A stretch of DNA of 63,278 bases, counting the filler, from Octopus bimaculoides (lineage: Eukaryota): assembly GCF_001194135.2 (NCBI RefSeq). It is 5 parts of 5 records of this genome, joined end to end, with 100 filler letters (N's around TTAATTAATTAA, not from the genome) between each part and the next. Parts side by side here need not be neighbours in the genome. Positions count along the whole stretch, not along the records: positions 1 to 28,737 come from NC_068992.1; 4 more parts are not named here. One strand, given 5' to 3'. A program made the position numbers and the translations under genes. The notes beneath the pieces are model-generated. The model had not been told where the DNA came from and made no database searches. It saw only the letters and a program-made list of their open reading frames with translations. Numbering within the stretch: the first letter of the stretch is position 1; the number at the start of each line of letters is the position of its first letter. Positions 1-12,550 of the stretch are shown piece by piece.

Positions 1-514
1 ATAATATGATCAAAAATATTGTATCAGACACGTTTTAGCGGAAAACAAATGAGACTTCTATTGATAATGGCGCAAGTATGAACAATTCCACTCATATTTT
101 TATAACAGCAATATCACGTATTCACACGCACTTACACATACTCACAGAAACACACACACACACACACACACACACGCACGTACATACAAATACACACGAG
201 CAAGTGTCACATTTTGCGAAAGGAATATACTGGAAATATTGTAACTCTCTTTAATAGAATTGAAAACTGGTTATTAATAATAGCAGCTAATATTATCAGT
301 AAGTAGCAGGTGTATCTCTTTGTTAAAGTTATTTATCCAAGAACGATTAAAATGAAGAATGAGGATCGTTCACGTTGTCCTCAAACAATTTGGCCCTTGT
401 TTAGGGTAGTGTAATGTACAAAGATCGGAATAATGTGGTGCATACAGTAGGGTCTGTTTGGTATTTAAGACCGAGGCGAAGTGAGTTGAGAGGTAAACTA
501 CGAAAAGACAACGC

Positions 515-1878
515 ATAATATGAGCTGAGAAAGAATGGACTTCGCCTCAACCACTTTCTCTTCATGGATGATTTAAAACTGGGATCATCCTGAAGCTGGA
601 CAATATTTCGCACAGAGAAATGAAAGATAAGAACATCACTGCGTATTTCAAGTGCCCCAAACATCTCTTGAAAGTGAAGCTCAACTCAAGAAACCTTGTG
701 ACTGCCATAACACATGGGCTATTGCTGAAGTCAGCTCTAGTGCGCCCATCCTGAAGTTCAAAGAAGCGAAGGTTAACCAGCTCGATCGCACTACCCGAAA
801 GATAGTGACACTGCATGGTGCCCTCTACCCTAAGGCGAATATACACAGATTCTACCTGAAGAGGGGTAAAGGTGGACGTGGGCTGATTAACGTACGGGTG
901 TGCATCAACAGTGAAAGAAGAAACATGGTAAAATATTTGGCAAACAGCAAAAAATCCAGCTACAGTATACCGCTAATGCAGAAGGATTTACCAAAAATGC
1001 ACTTGGGATTGCTCATGAATTCCGATCACGAACAGTCAACAGGAGAGAAGAAACCCAACACCGCGTGGAATTACATGGTTAGTTCCACCGTTAAACCAGC
1101 AACTTAAGATATTAGGAAGCATCCTGGAGGTGGTTCAGCCTAATCATCGCTGCCCAGTATCAGGCTTTGGATACCAACTCAGTGAAAAGAAATGTATACC
1201 AAACAAGTGCAACGAACCACTGCATAACGTGTAGGAAGAGGGTCGAAAGCGTGGCTCATGTTGTTTATGCTTGTAAAAGTCTTGGGCAGAAAGAGCACAA
1301 GCGCAGACACGACAAGGTAGCCCAAAACCTCCACTGGCTACTGTGCCGGAAGTATGGATATGAGGAAATGGAAAAAGTAATGGTCAAAAAGAGGAAGGCA
1401 AAACTCCTCTGGGACTTTGACTTCCAGACAGACAAGGTGTTAGAGCACCGAATGCTGGATATAGTAACCTTGAGGAGGGACAAACAAGAACGCTTAATAA
1501 TCGACGTGATAGTGACAGGAGATCAACATATTATTATGAAAGAAAGAGAAAAGATCAATAAATATGGAGACCTGAGAATTGAGATCGCCAACATGTGGCA
1601 GGTGCATGAGTCAAACATGAAGGTTGTTCCTTTTGTCATCGGAGCATTGGGTTCAATACTACCCAACATGAAGAAACATCTGGAGACTTTAGAAATATCC
1701 TACAATCTAGGTGTATTGCAAAAATCGACTGGACTTTGAACTGAACACATATTGCAAAATGTACTGTCTGTTTGAAGTCCTTGTTGTGACTTGATAGACA
1801 GTATAAAGCCCCGGTAGGCACAATATTTTCAACCAACATCATCATATTGGAGACTGTGCGACGTCTTAAATAATAATG
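515..1878 (+). mobile_element. 5'-truncated, frameshifted non-LTR retrotransposon of the R4/Dong (RLE-type) group: RT C-terminus, CCHC knuckle, restriction-like endonuclease, 3'UTR and (TAA)n tail
   Basis: Translations show NHFLFMDDLKL (RT core, about 548-581), KLNSRNLVTAINTWA, HGALYPKANIHRFYLKRGKGGRGL, CITCRKRVESVAHVVYAC, RRHDKVAQNLHW, LWDFDFQTDKVLEHRMLDIV, IIDV and KINKYGDL, followed by a taaataataat tail. Several frameshifts and stops. Confidence 0.9.
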
Positions 1879-1908
1879 GTGATGATGATGATATTAATAA
1901 TAGTTATA

Positions 1909-2048
1909 ATACACGTACATTGCGTGAAGTACTGTCTGTCTGAGGTCCTTGTGACTTGACAGACAGTATAAACCCCCGGTAGACACGATATCTTCAATCA
2001 ACAATATCGCACTAGTGGATACTGTGTGACGTTTTAGATAATAAGTAT
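1909..2048 (+). mobile_element. Second, heavily 5'-truncated copy of the same R4/Dong-like element (last codons plus 3'UTR)
   Basis: 1911-2046 aligns end to end with 1745-1876 (actgtctgt...gtataaa.ccccggtag.cac.atat.ttcaa.caaca...actgtg.gacgt.tta.ataataa). Confidence 0.85.
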
Positions 2049-2829
2049 TATTTCGAAGTATGATAGCATTACCTTTAATTCCTTTATATATATATATATA
2101 TNNNNNNNNNNNNNNNNNNNNNNNNNNNNNNNNNNNNNNNNNNNNNNNNNNNNNNNNNNNNNNNNNNNNNNNNNNNNNNNNNNNNNNNNNNNNNNNNNNN
2201 NNNNNNNNNNNNNNNNNNNNNNNNNNNNNNNNNNNNNNNNNNNNNNNNNNNNNNNNNNNNNNNNNNNNNNNNNNNNNNNNNNNNNNNNNNNNNNNNNNNN
2301 NNNNNATATATATATATATATACAGCTTCAAATAAACCGGCACATGTTTCTACTGCATCGATTAGGAACCGTTGCAATTGCAACCCTACTGTAATACCGG
2401 TGCAGTTTCTTCAGGTTCTTAGCTTTAATATCCTTTGATTTAACCGTTTTTCGTCTATATACACTGCGTTCCATGATGTGGAGATGTTCGTGAGACGCAG
2501 ACTATTTTCAGTTCAAGTTTTGATTGGGTAATCACTTATAGCCAGTTATTTCAAAGCATTCCGTTTAAACATTTGTTACTCATTTATATTGGGCACAGAT
2601 AGATTTCCTCATATGCAAGCATATACACACATACAAACATCCACACACACGCACACACATACACGCACATTGTACAATTACATTATCTCTGCTCTTTACA
2701 AAATATTGTCGTCCACGTCCCCATACATTTTGTAACCGCTTTGTATAGAGTTTTATTGTATGAACGGGCCTTCATCGCCATAATAAAATTTTTTCTTAAT
2801 CTTCATCATCTTCATCTTCATCGTCGTCA

Positions 2830-2892
<63 letters not shown>

Positions 2893-3547
2893 GCCTCCTC
2901 AATCACTACTAGATTCAAAGTCTTAGGTCAAGTAGAGACTCAAATGCCTAATTCACTTTCCGCTTTTTCGAGGGCGATTCCATTCATTAGAAATCACTAC
3001 AGTTTCTTGACTTATTGGAAACAACGACACTGACTACAGAACGTATAGAACGGTGGAGACTTGCGACGTAGAACTGTCACTGTCAAATAACAGAATACTC
3101 AATAGAATCTAGCAAACAAATCCTGTCGTACCTATTGCAACACGATCTACACGACATCATTTAAGTCTTGACACATGCTTGAAATCATTAGAATTCTATA
3201 CAATGAGCAGGAACTAGATGGCAAGTAAAGGGCAGACAGTTGCCATCAACCTTCTGCGACTGTTTGCAATTTTCTTTAACGATTTTTCCATTTATCAGTT
3301 CTTTTCATACAAAATCAAAACTGACACATGAGAATCCTTGTAGCCAATCAGGTCGTAAGGAAACTATTCAGGGGTTAAATCACTGTAAACTGTTATTAAG
3401 GAAAGAGTTTATTGGCGAATCTTCATAATTACAATGTCAGAGTTAATATTTTGTGTGGTGTAGCGTAGTGTGGTGGTCACGTGGTTGACTGACTTTGCGT
3501 TACTTAATGATTTCTAATATTGTAACATTCTAATACTGTAACATATA

Positions 3548-3715
3548 GGCGTATGAGTGGCTGCGTGGTAAGAAGCTTGCTTCCCAACCACATGGTCCCG
3601 GGTTCAGTCCCACTGCGTAGAACCTTGGGCATGTGTCTTCTATAGCCTCGTGCTGACCAAAGCTTTGTGAGTGGATTTGGTAGATGGAAACTAAAAGAAG
3701 CCCGCCGTATGCATT

Positions 3716-3746
<31 letters not shown>

Positions 3747-3890
3747 TTGTGTGTCTGTGTCTGTCCCCTCACCATCACTTGACAACCAATGTTGGTGTGT
3801 TTACATCCCCGTAGCTTAGCAGTTCGGCAAGAGAGACCGATAGAATAAGTACTAGGCTTACAAAGAATAAGTCCTGGGGGCGAATTATTC
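3548..3890 (+). mobile_element. tRNA-derived SINE, family B (octopus OK/OR-type; exact name not assigned)
   Basis: A box tggctgcgtggt, B box ggttcagtccc, ccttgggcatgtgtcttc core-like motif, internal (TA)n/(TG)n, 3' half with gatagaataagtactaggc. About 11 related copies in the window. Confidence 0.85.
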
Positions 3891-4779
3891 TATCCTTGCT
3901 AGTTTTTGATGTAGCCATCAACCTGCAACTGTTAAAGCATAATCGTTTACAATACCAGTCGCATTGGACGCAGAGGGACTGCAAACGCTACGCGCACAGC
4001 CTCTCTTTCAGATCAAACCTCTTACTCCAAGTATAAGAAGAAGAAAATGATCGAAAGAGAAAACATTGAGTTGTACAGGTACTGATAATCAAATAAGGGT
4101 CTTAATGTTTCCTAACTCATCACTATCAGAGTACTGCAATCGTAGACAATTTATCCCAAACAAGTGGATACCATAGTAGAGTGTATGAAACGTTACTCCA
4201 TACATAAGTAATGCTGGAGCAGTAATTGTTTCATTGGTTTCCAGCTTTCAGATGATTATTGTTAGAAGAGCTGATGGAACTCATTACTATCGTCATAGAT
4301 ACAGCCGCACCACCTCAACGTTCATACTTGCCAGACCTTCTGACAAATTTAGTTTTATCTAAATGCTTAATGCTTTGTCAGTAAAATTTTTTATACAAAT
4401 GAGCTCTGGTATTAGGTCAGTTATCTATTCAATGAAAATAAATTGACCATTATTCAATAAATGTCTATATTTAAAAACATGTCTAACCTAGTTGTAACAT
4501 GAAAAAGTCAAATGCAAGCTATATATAACTATGACATTAAAATATTTCTGTATTATGGCAACGAATAGAAATTTTAATGTCTACTTCGTGATTTGATCGA
4601 TAATGCTTTGGAATGTTGAGCTGAGTTCGCACTTCTGCCGAAGAATTCTGTAAAAGACACCAACTTCTTTGGTATCGGTGTGAAAAAATAATGGCCCTCA
4701 CCAAATATATATTTTCTACTTGTCTATGTCTACGGCAAAGCAACAGACCCATGTAGCTGGACATCATCCGGATGTTCAG

Positions 4780-4950
4780 TGTGTCTGGGGACATTGAGAG
4801 CGGAAGTCTATCGTCGACATCGCAGTGAAGTACTTATTTACATTCAAGAAGACTGAACTTGTCTTGCTCAAGGGATTAGCGCGCCGCCTGATCCGATGAT
4901 TGAAGATATTACTTAATGATTGTGGGTCTAACATCTTAACCACTAAGCTA
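4780..4950 (-). mobile_element. Degenerate tRNA-head SINE fragment (family C/D-like)
   Basis: Reverse complement reads gcttagtggttaagatgttagac...cccttgagcaagaca, resembling the heads at 45537 and 44938. Confidence 0.4.
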
Positions 4951-5605
4951 TGTGTCTTTACAGTGTTCTGCATCATCATGTTTAAATGGACGTTTGTTAT
5001 TTCAATATTCCTCTTAATAAAGGAATAATCTTTCACCTGCCTTACCCTATATAATTATGAATGATTTATAGGAACAGTAGTGTCGTGTATCACTTGATCT
5101 ATCTTCTTCCTTCTTAACCACTTTGAAACACACCAGATGCCAGAAGATAATTGAGAATCTTTGTAACTAATCGAATCCAAAACATTCTATACCAAGATGC
5201 ACTCGAATGATTTCATACTACTTACACCTCAGCAGCAGAAATACTTGGTACTAAAAATAGATGAATGAAACCAGTGATCTTGTTGCATTGGCTACAGCTA
5301 TACAAAGAAGGAGATAACTTCGGTAAGTATTTATTCCCTGTGGAAAAGAAAATCTCAAGTCTCGGTTGTTGTTTCCTCTTCAGAGAAAAGGAGAGAAATA
5401 AAGAAAAGAAAATAGAAACCTTTCCAACACAGTTTAAACGTTCAGCTTTCTTTCTTGGATTGACACCTAGTAAAGACTCTTGAGTACTGCTTTCCCTAAT
5501 CAATAAAATATTAAAAAATGAAAGATGAATCGAGATCTCTGTAACACCAGATTACCCTACTCTACGCAAATATAAGGACACTATATTACAAACTGACAAA
5601 AGCCG

Positions 5606-5672
5606 GTACGTAGGTAGAATTGTACGTAGGTAGAATTGTACGTAGGTAGAATTGTACGTAGGTAGGATTGTA
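5606..5672. repeat. 16-bp tandem repeat, 4 copies (gtacgtaggtagaatt)
   Basis: Read directly; one substitution in the last copy. Confidence 0.95.
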
Positions 5673-6650
5673 AAAGTGACTGAGGTCGAGTGAGATAGTA
5701 TCAGATAATATCCTTCCCGGAAAATTGTTATATTTGTGCTTTAATTAGAAACAATGGTACATACGAATCAGACACCAATCAAACAGTAACTCTTATCCTC
5801 TAAATGGATCACTGTAGCTGATGGGTAGTTTAGCCTATTCATGGTGCCCATTTATTGAAGAGTGGACTACATTTGGACTTAGACACATTACATCGATACC
5901 TTGCTGAATATTTAGTCAAACGTTCAAGGTTCTAATAACTTCATCGTGTAGATGATAAGGATATTGCCTGTGAAGATGTCATTGTCGTTGTTGTTGTTGT
6001 TGTTGATAATGATGATGATAATAATAACGATGATGATGATGACTGATGACAATGATGATGATGATGATGATGTTTAATCTCAAGTCAACACGATTTGTGT
6101 CAAGTTAATATTAAATGCGTTTCGTACATGAACGTCAGGCACTTTTGTCAAAATAGGACGACGTTTAAAACGTGTCCAGTTAATGTAGTAGAGGCTGATT
6201 TGTGGACGATTAGTCTGAAATATCTGAAGTGGGCGAAGACACGTATACACTCCTTCAATTGCGTTCGGGATGACGATGTTAAAGACAATGATGACGACAA
6301 TGAGGAAGAAAATGGAAAATGTTAACAATACTAACGTGTTATCTCGGCGCTGAAATAGTTTAATCCTTTGCTTGTAGCAATGTCTAAGCACTGCAGAAAT
6401 ACATACAATGATTCAGCAGACCTAAAATAAGATAAATTTGTAAAATAGTATTTTCAGGAAAAACAACAAAAATATATTTGTAACAGCTATACTAAAAATA
6501 AACCTTCCTAGAATACTTTTATTCACCGCCAAGAATTTTCCGTTTATAATAAAATTAACATTGGAATTATTCTAGAAAATCTTTGCTTCCAAAATTGCAT
6601 TAACCCATTTATGTATAAGCGTCAATAAATCATTCTGCAATTGATTACAA

Positions 6651-7066
6651 GGCGGCGAGCTGGCAGAAACGTTAGCACGCCGGGCGAAATGCTTAGCGGT
6701 ATTTCGTCTGCAGTTATGTTCTGAGTTCAAATTCCGCCGAGATCGACTTTGCTTTTCATCCTTTCCGGGTCGATAAATTAAGTACCAGTTACGAACTGGA
6801 GTCGATGTAATCGACTTAATCCCTCTGTCTGTCCTTGTTTGTCCCCTCTATGTTTAACTCCTTGTGAGCAAGAGAGAAATAAGAAACGTTAGCTTAGCGG
6901 TATTTCGTCTGTCGTTACGTTCTGAGTTCAAATTCCGCCGAGGTCGACTTTGCCTTTCATCCTTTCGGGGTTGATAAATTAAGTACCAGTTGCGTACTGG
7001 AGGTCGATCTAATCGACTGGCTCTCTCCCCCAACATTTCGGACCTTGTGCCTAGAGTAAAAAAGAT
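6651..7066 (+). mobile_element. Two tandem copies of tRNA-derived SINE family A (6651-6880 and truncated 6883-7066) with different 3' tails
   Basis: ggcggcgagctggcagaaacgttagc head, B box gagttcaaattcc, gtcgactttgcctttcatcc, aagtaccagtt...ctgg.gtcgat.taatcgact. Confidence 0.9.
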
Positions 7067-7680
7067 TCTACAATTAATTACAAATAATAAAAGACATGGT
7101 GATTTGGAAAATAGTTACAACGTTCTGCATTGTTTGGTGCACACGCTTGCATTTTGTGTTCAAACCTCGATGAAGTCTGCTTTTCTTCTGGTCTGATAAA
7201 ATCATGAATCAAGTAGTAATTAATTGATTAACTCCATCCCTTCGCATTGAGGGTGTTGCACCTAAGATTGAAACTTTTACAACGACTAATGACTTGCTAT
7301 TAAGTCATTTCCTGATTGTAATGTTTTACGGACATTATATAGTCAATAGGTTTCGTGTAGTTAATCAACCAGTCCTCCAATTGGCGAATATATATTGCTA
7401 AAAAACAAAGAACGAGGTTTCATTCCTGAAAATCTTACCGTTCACTTACACTGCATTTATTCAATTATCCAAATGTGTATAGATCTAATTCTGTAGTAAA
7501 CAACTTCACTTTGTTGCCTTGTGTCTCTGTGTTCGCTTCCAATGTGTTACTTCGCATATATATGCATGTTTGTCTGTATACATGCATGTATACGTGTGAA
7601 TGTGCGTATATCAGTGGTAAGAAGTGAAAATAGAAAACAAACCAGATAATACTGGTACTTTCGAATTAAATACTTGTGAT

Positions 7681-7726
7681 ATTTATTCCGCCCGATATTT
7701 ATCCCACCCGTTATTTATCCCGCCCG
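7681..7726. repeat. Three copies of atttat(c/t)cc(g/a)cccg with a 16-bp period
   Basis: Read directly. Confidence 0.8.
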
Positions 7727-8104
7727 AGTTACTCATTATCACCGACGCTCATTTATCAATTTGTCACTATCATAAAGGTAGCTAACCAGTGATTTACCAG
7801 TTAGAAGCCAGTAATCAACGAATACTAGTTATTATTTAAAAACTTCCTCTTAATGAGATACAGCATGTTTCTCTTAACTGCGACAGTTTTCACTCAGTAG
7901 TCCATCTTAATTTATGTGGGTCACAAAGAGTCATGTAAACAAATGTGATTCCTGTCGTAAAGGAAATCAAAGATTTATATTCAATCAGAAACATCGTAAT
8001 GCATACGTTAAGAATATATGTAAATATTTCTTTCTCGCTAATATGTAGGTGGATTAAAAGATGAGTAAAGTTCAGCAGTATAAATAACGGTCTTTAATTA
8101 AAGA

Positions 8105-8718
8105 ACAAGGCCATTAATTTTGAGTGGAGGGGCATAGTTGATACTGTCACCAAGTGCTACAGTGATTCTTACTTTATTGATGGCCGAGCAATGAAAGTAA
8201 ATGCTGACTTCGGCTCAATTTGAAATTAGAAGGTAAAAAAAAAACCGGAAGAAACATCGGTTTCAAATGTTGGCACAAGGGCATCAATTTCGGCGGAGTG
8301 GATGGGGAGTGGTGGTTAGTCGACTACATCGACCCCAGTGCTCAACTGGTATTAATTTTATCAACCGCGAAGGGATGAAAGATAAAGTCGACCTCGATGG
8401 AATTTGAACTCAGAATATAAAAACTGACGAAATGTCGCTAAGCATTTTGTCTCGCGTGCTAATGATACTGCAAAGTCGCCACCTTTGCCAGAAGAAATAA
8501 TGGCTTCAAAATTTGGCACAAGGCCAGTAAGTTAGAGGTGGAGGTAAATCGATTATATCGACTCAAATATTCAAATGGTACTTATTTTATTGACCCTGGA
8601 AAGGATGTAAGTCAAAGTCGACCTCGGTGGAATTTGAATTGAAAAACGTAAAGACGGGCAAAATGTTACGTCGCATTTTACCTGGCGTACAAACAATTCT
8701 GCCAGCACACCACCTTAG
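8105..8718 (-). mobile_element. Cluster of three family A SINE copies (about 8105-8232 degenerate, 8260-8484, 8502-8718)
   Basis: Reverse-complement matches to 6651-7066 (aagtcgacctcg..ggaatttgaactcagaa; ctggtacttattttat.gac). Confidence 0.85.
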
Positions 8719-9870
8719 TCGGAAGAAATATTGCAAAGCATTTTATTTTTACTGATGTCATAACGATTTTGCCAGTTCATCGCCCTCATATATAATAAAA
8801 CGAGAGAAGAAATGTTAGGTAGAAGTTTATAATGGAGATTACGCGAGACCTACCAGTTCTGAGCTTCAGATGCCACTGTAACAGCAGTGGAAAATGCAAA
8901 TTTATCTACTCTAGGGACCTGTTTGAACATACTCTATCACCATTATGCTACAAATGTGGACATAATAAGAATAGCTAAACGCAATTTATTGTAAAAAATA
9001 GTTATTTAATAAATGGAATTATGAAAAGTGGAGAAGTTTCTATTCATTTCATTATAAATGAGATTATTTTCAATTTGCTTTTTTGTTTGAAAAATATAAT
9101 AAAACTTTAGAAAAATAACAAAGTCCATCTTTTATTTTGACCTAGAATGCTCCAAAAGTGAACATTAAAATATGTTTCTAAGAATAGTTTTATAATAACC
9201 AACAAAAGTTTAGATGCAAAACAGATTAGTGGAAAATACTCTAACGAAATATTCGACTTGAAAAATAGATTAAATTTTCTAACATCTGCTAATTCTACTT
9301 TAATTCGATTTTTCTGTACTAATTAACTGTTTCATCTGCAGAAAAGCTCGTTGGATATGACTTTTGATGCACCTTTATTTAAATTACTCTGCCTAATTAG
9401 TGAGATAATCAAAGAAAACAAAATTCATTGATGCATGTATGAAAAATAAAGAATTTGTTATATATTTTGTTTTCTATATTTTGCTTTAGCTTATTTGTGA
9501 ATTAATATATTTTTTAGACAAGAGAATAAATAATAAATACAATGGAAATAGTTCTTATTTCTTATAAAGTATAATTTAAACTAAAAAAACTAATTTTAGT
9601 ATTATTTTCAAAATTTTTGTTTCTTACATGTTTTGCAACTCCCCTGTAGTAATTTAGTTTCCTCACTATTTCATGCTAGTCATGTGTGAAATTGCACAGA
9701 TATGATACTATAATGTACGGTGAAAATCTCACAGTTTTCAAAGAAATAATGTACGCAGGATCACTGCATCAGAAATTTCTCACGCAGCAATAACATCACA
9801 CACATATATACATGCGTGTTGGTATTACATAGGAGTGATGCTGCTTGAATAAAGAAAAAATATTCCAATA

Positions 9871-9927
9871 TATTTCCGTCCATTCAAACTCTTCCTAAAC
9901 ACAGCAACACATATTAGCTTGAATCAC

Positions 9928-9933
<6 letters not shown>
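9871..9933 (+). repeat. 63-bp direct repeat, copy 1 (copy 2 at 11408-11470)
   Basis: tatttccgtccatt(c/g)aaactcttcctaaacacagcaa(c/a)acatattagcttgaatcactatata; 2 mismatches. Confidence 0.95.
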
Positions 9934-9984
<51 letters not shown>

Positions 9985-11407
9985 NNNNNNNNNNGTGTGT
10001 GTGTGTGTGTGTGTATGTATATGTAAACACATATGTATATATATATATATATATGCATGTATATGCGTGTGTATGAATATATGTATGTATAAAAACAATA
10101 ACAAAATATGTAATAATAAATTTGAAGCTATTGAGACAAAAACAACCACATTCTAAATAAATACAGAACACGAAAAAGGACAAAATTAAAGCGTACCATA
10201 ATATAGAAATAAAAAAAATATTACCGCGTTAAACAGCGATGCAATAAAATGTTAAAAATTCGGAAGAAGAAACAAAAATTTAAGATAAAAGAATTTTTAA
10301 TTTGTTTTGCTAAGTACAAGGTTAACTTTTATTGGTAGAGCGTACAACTAATTAAATCCCGTTGTAACCGTTGCATAACTTTATCGCTATTTAAGTGATT
10401 GACCAAATAATTCTTCTGAATTTAGAAGAATATGCTTCACTGAGGAGATGGAGATCTAAATTGGTCTGTTGCTAATATCAATTAGTTAATAAAGAGGAAA
10501 ACCCTGTTATCTCCATCGACTTTAGTTTCCAAATATTTCGATTAACTGATCTTATGTGAGTGATCTCCCTTGTATGCTGGTGGTTTTTAGGTTTTAAACA
10601 TCCAGAAGTGTATTGTGACCTACGGAAAACAGCAATAATTTTGTTGAATCAGAGTTGTTCCACTCAGTAGCTTCGGAGACTCTACTAAATTAACCTCTCT
10701 GCTAGATTTGAACATTGAATACAGCAGAATACGAATACTCCACGATAATATGTAGGTTAACGAATTAGGGTATTTAATTTCATCTTAGGCCTAATGGAAA
10801 ATTCTACTGCTGTCAACTTTGCTAACCGTTATTCAAGGATTGATTAAAATAAGCAGTAATAATGTATTGTAATTAATGTATTGGTTGTATCACTTTCTCA
10901 ATGAAAGTTGGCCTTGTGCCTCGTTCTCAGATATCGATAAGTTACAAAAGATGGAAATTTTACCAACGAAATGAAATGTGCTAATGAAAACATACACAAT
11001 GATGAGGTTAATAGTGTCAGTAATAATTTCATATTTGGAATAAATGATAGACAACTAAATGCCTCGTAATATATAGCTTTTCCATTCATTCTATGTTGAA
11101 AGCTAAATCCCTCAGGAGTCAACCTATACCTAGCCTTCCTTTACATTTCATAAAACAAGGGCCATTATTATGGCAGATGCATTCAATTCACTTTTCTTCC
11201 CTTCTTTCCCTTTCCTCGCCTGTCTCTTTGCTTTTATCTTTCTATTGAATTTTAGGTCCATTCATTTGATCCTGCTAGAACATGTATTCCTCCTTAACGA
11301 ACATAAAAATTATGATGGACCCAAAGAAATCAATTTTTTCTTTATGATACTACTTTATCTACTAGAGCTTAACTAATTTCTTGAAATTACATCAAGAGCA
11401 ATTAACC

Positions 11408-11470
11408 TATTTCCGTCCATTGAAACTCTTCCTAAACACAGCAAAACATATTAGCTTGAATCACTATATA
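11408..11470 (+). repeat. 63-bp direct repeat, copy 2
   Basis: Matches 9871-9933 with 2 mismatches. Confidence 0.95.
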
Positions 11471-12374
11471 CTGAAGAATATAGCGGAATGAAGCGACATC
11501 ACCTGGTATACCAAACAATACAAATGTATAGGAATACAATGGTGTTAACTTCACACTTCGTAATGAATTAGAAAATGTGCATTAATGTAGTTTCAGAGCT
11601 GGTTTATAATACAGCAGCAACAGTCTCCCTCAATAAACTTCCTATTGCATATGGATGTGAGGACGTTATATTTTCATTCTCTAAATATTTACTGAGCATG
11701 ATTCAGAATACAAACAAGATTGCCATAGTTAAAATAGCCGCCCAATACTGAAGATCAACAATACAAATTATATTTTTGGTTGAGCTAAACTCATGTTGGC
11801 AAATCCAAAAATACATTAGCTTTACGCAGTTTACTGGCTTGCGAAGTCTTTTTGTTTTTTAAATCAATAACTACTATTTTGAAAAAGGAAATATTCCTAT
11901 GGATATGTTGTCCTGGATATTCTCAAAACAGGGAATAGCAGAATCGTTAGAGAGTAGGAAAATGCCTTTTCATTACAAGTTTATTCATTCGGGATTCATA
12001 AGATAAAATACGAAATCAGCCATGGTTGCGTAATTAATAGCGCATAAACATATACTATTTATTATTAAAGTTACTAAGAGCCGATCGTGACACTATAAGA
12101 CACAAATACATTGGCTGATTAAAAAAAAAGGATAGGAAGTGTACAGCTTAAATATCTACGATTTTATATCTTTTCAATGAATTTTTATGTGAAGCTAAAA
12201 ACTACAAAACAATGACATGGAATAATTCTGTTCGATGGGTTAAACCTGTAAGTTGTTTCTATTGGCTTCAAAAGCAAGACTCATCAAGAGAACTCCTCTA
12301 AGACAATACGAAACATCAGGACAGTACCAATTGTAGACTCAACCCAAAAGGGATTCTCGATCTTTAATACTGTT

Positions 12375-12550
12375 GCTAAACGTTTTAGAAATAACAGCCA
12401 CATATTCCTCAAATAACTTCCTACTGCTTCCTAAAATGATGGCCAGTGTCTATAATCCATCGCTAAAGAAAAATACATGATGGTTAGTAGTGAAACATTT
12501 TGATCATAGCTTTGAAACCGTCAGAGCTGAACTGAGGGTTAGACTATAAA
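12375..12550 (+). repeat. Degenerate copy of an interspersed repeat family F (also about 37940-38115 and 44100-44260)
   Basis: Shared tagaaa(t/c)a(a/g)cag(c/t)ca(a/c)at...ctcaaat motif, followed by ggatggtc.../ctttgatcatag-like sequence. Confidence 0.5.

Noticed and set aside
6651-6740. tRNA-like A/B boxes here and at 3548, 44860-44938 and 45537
   Set aside because: They continue into repeated SINE bodies and form no convincing cloverleaf, so they are not tRNA genes.
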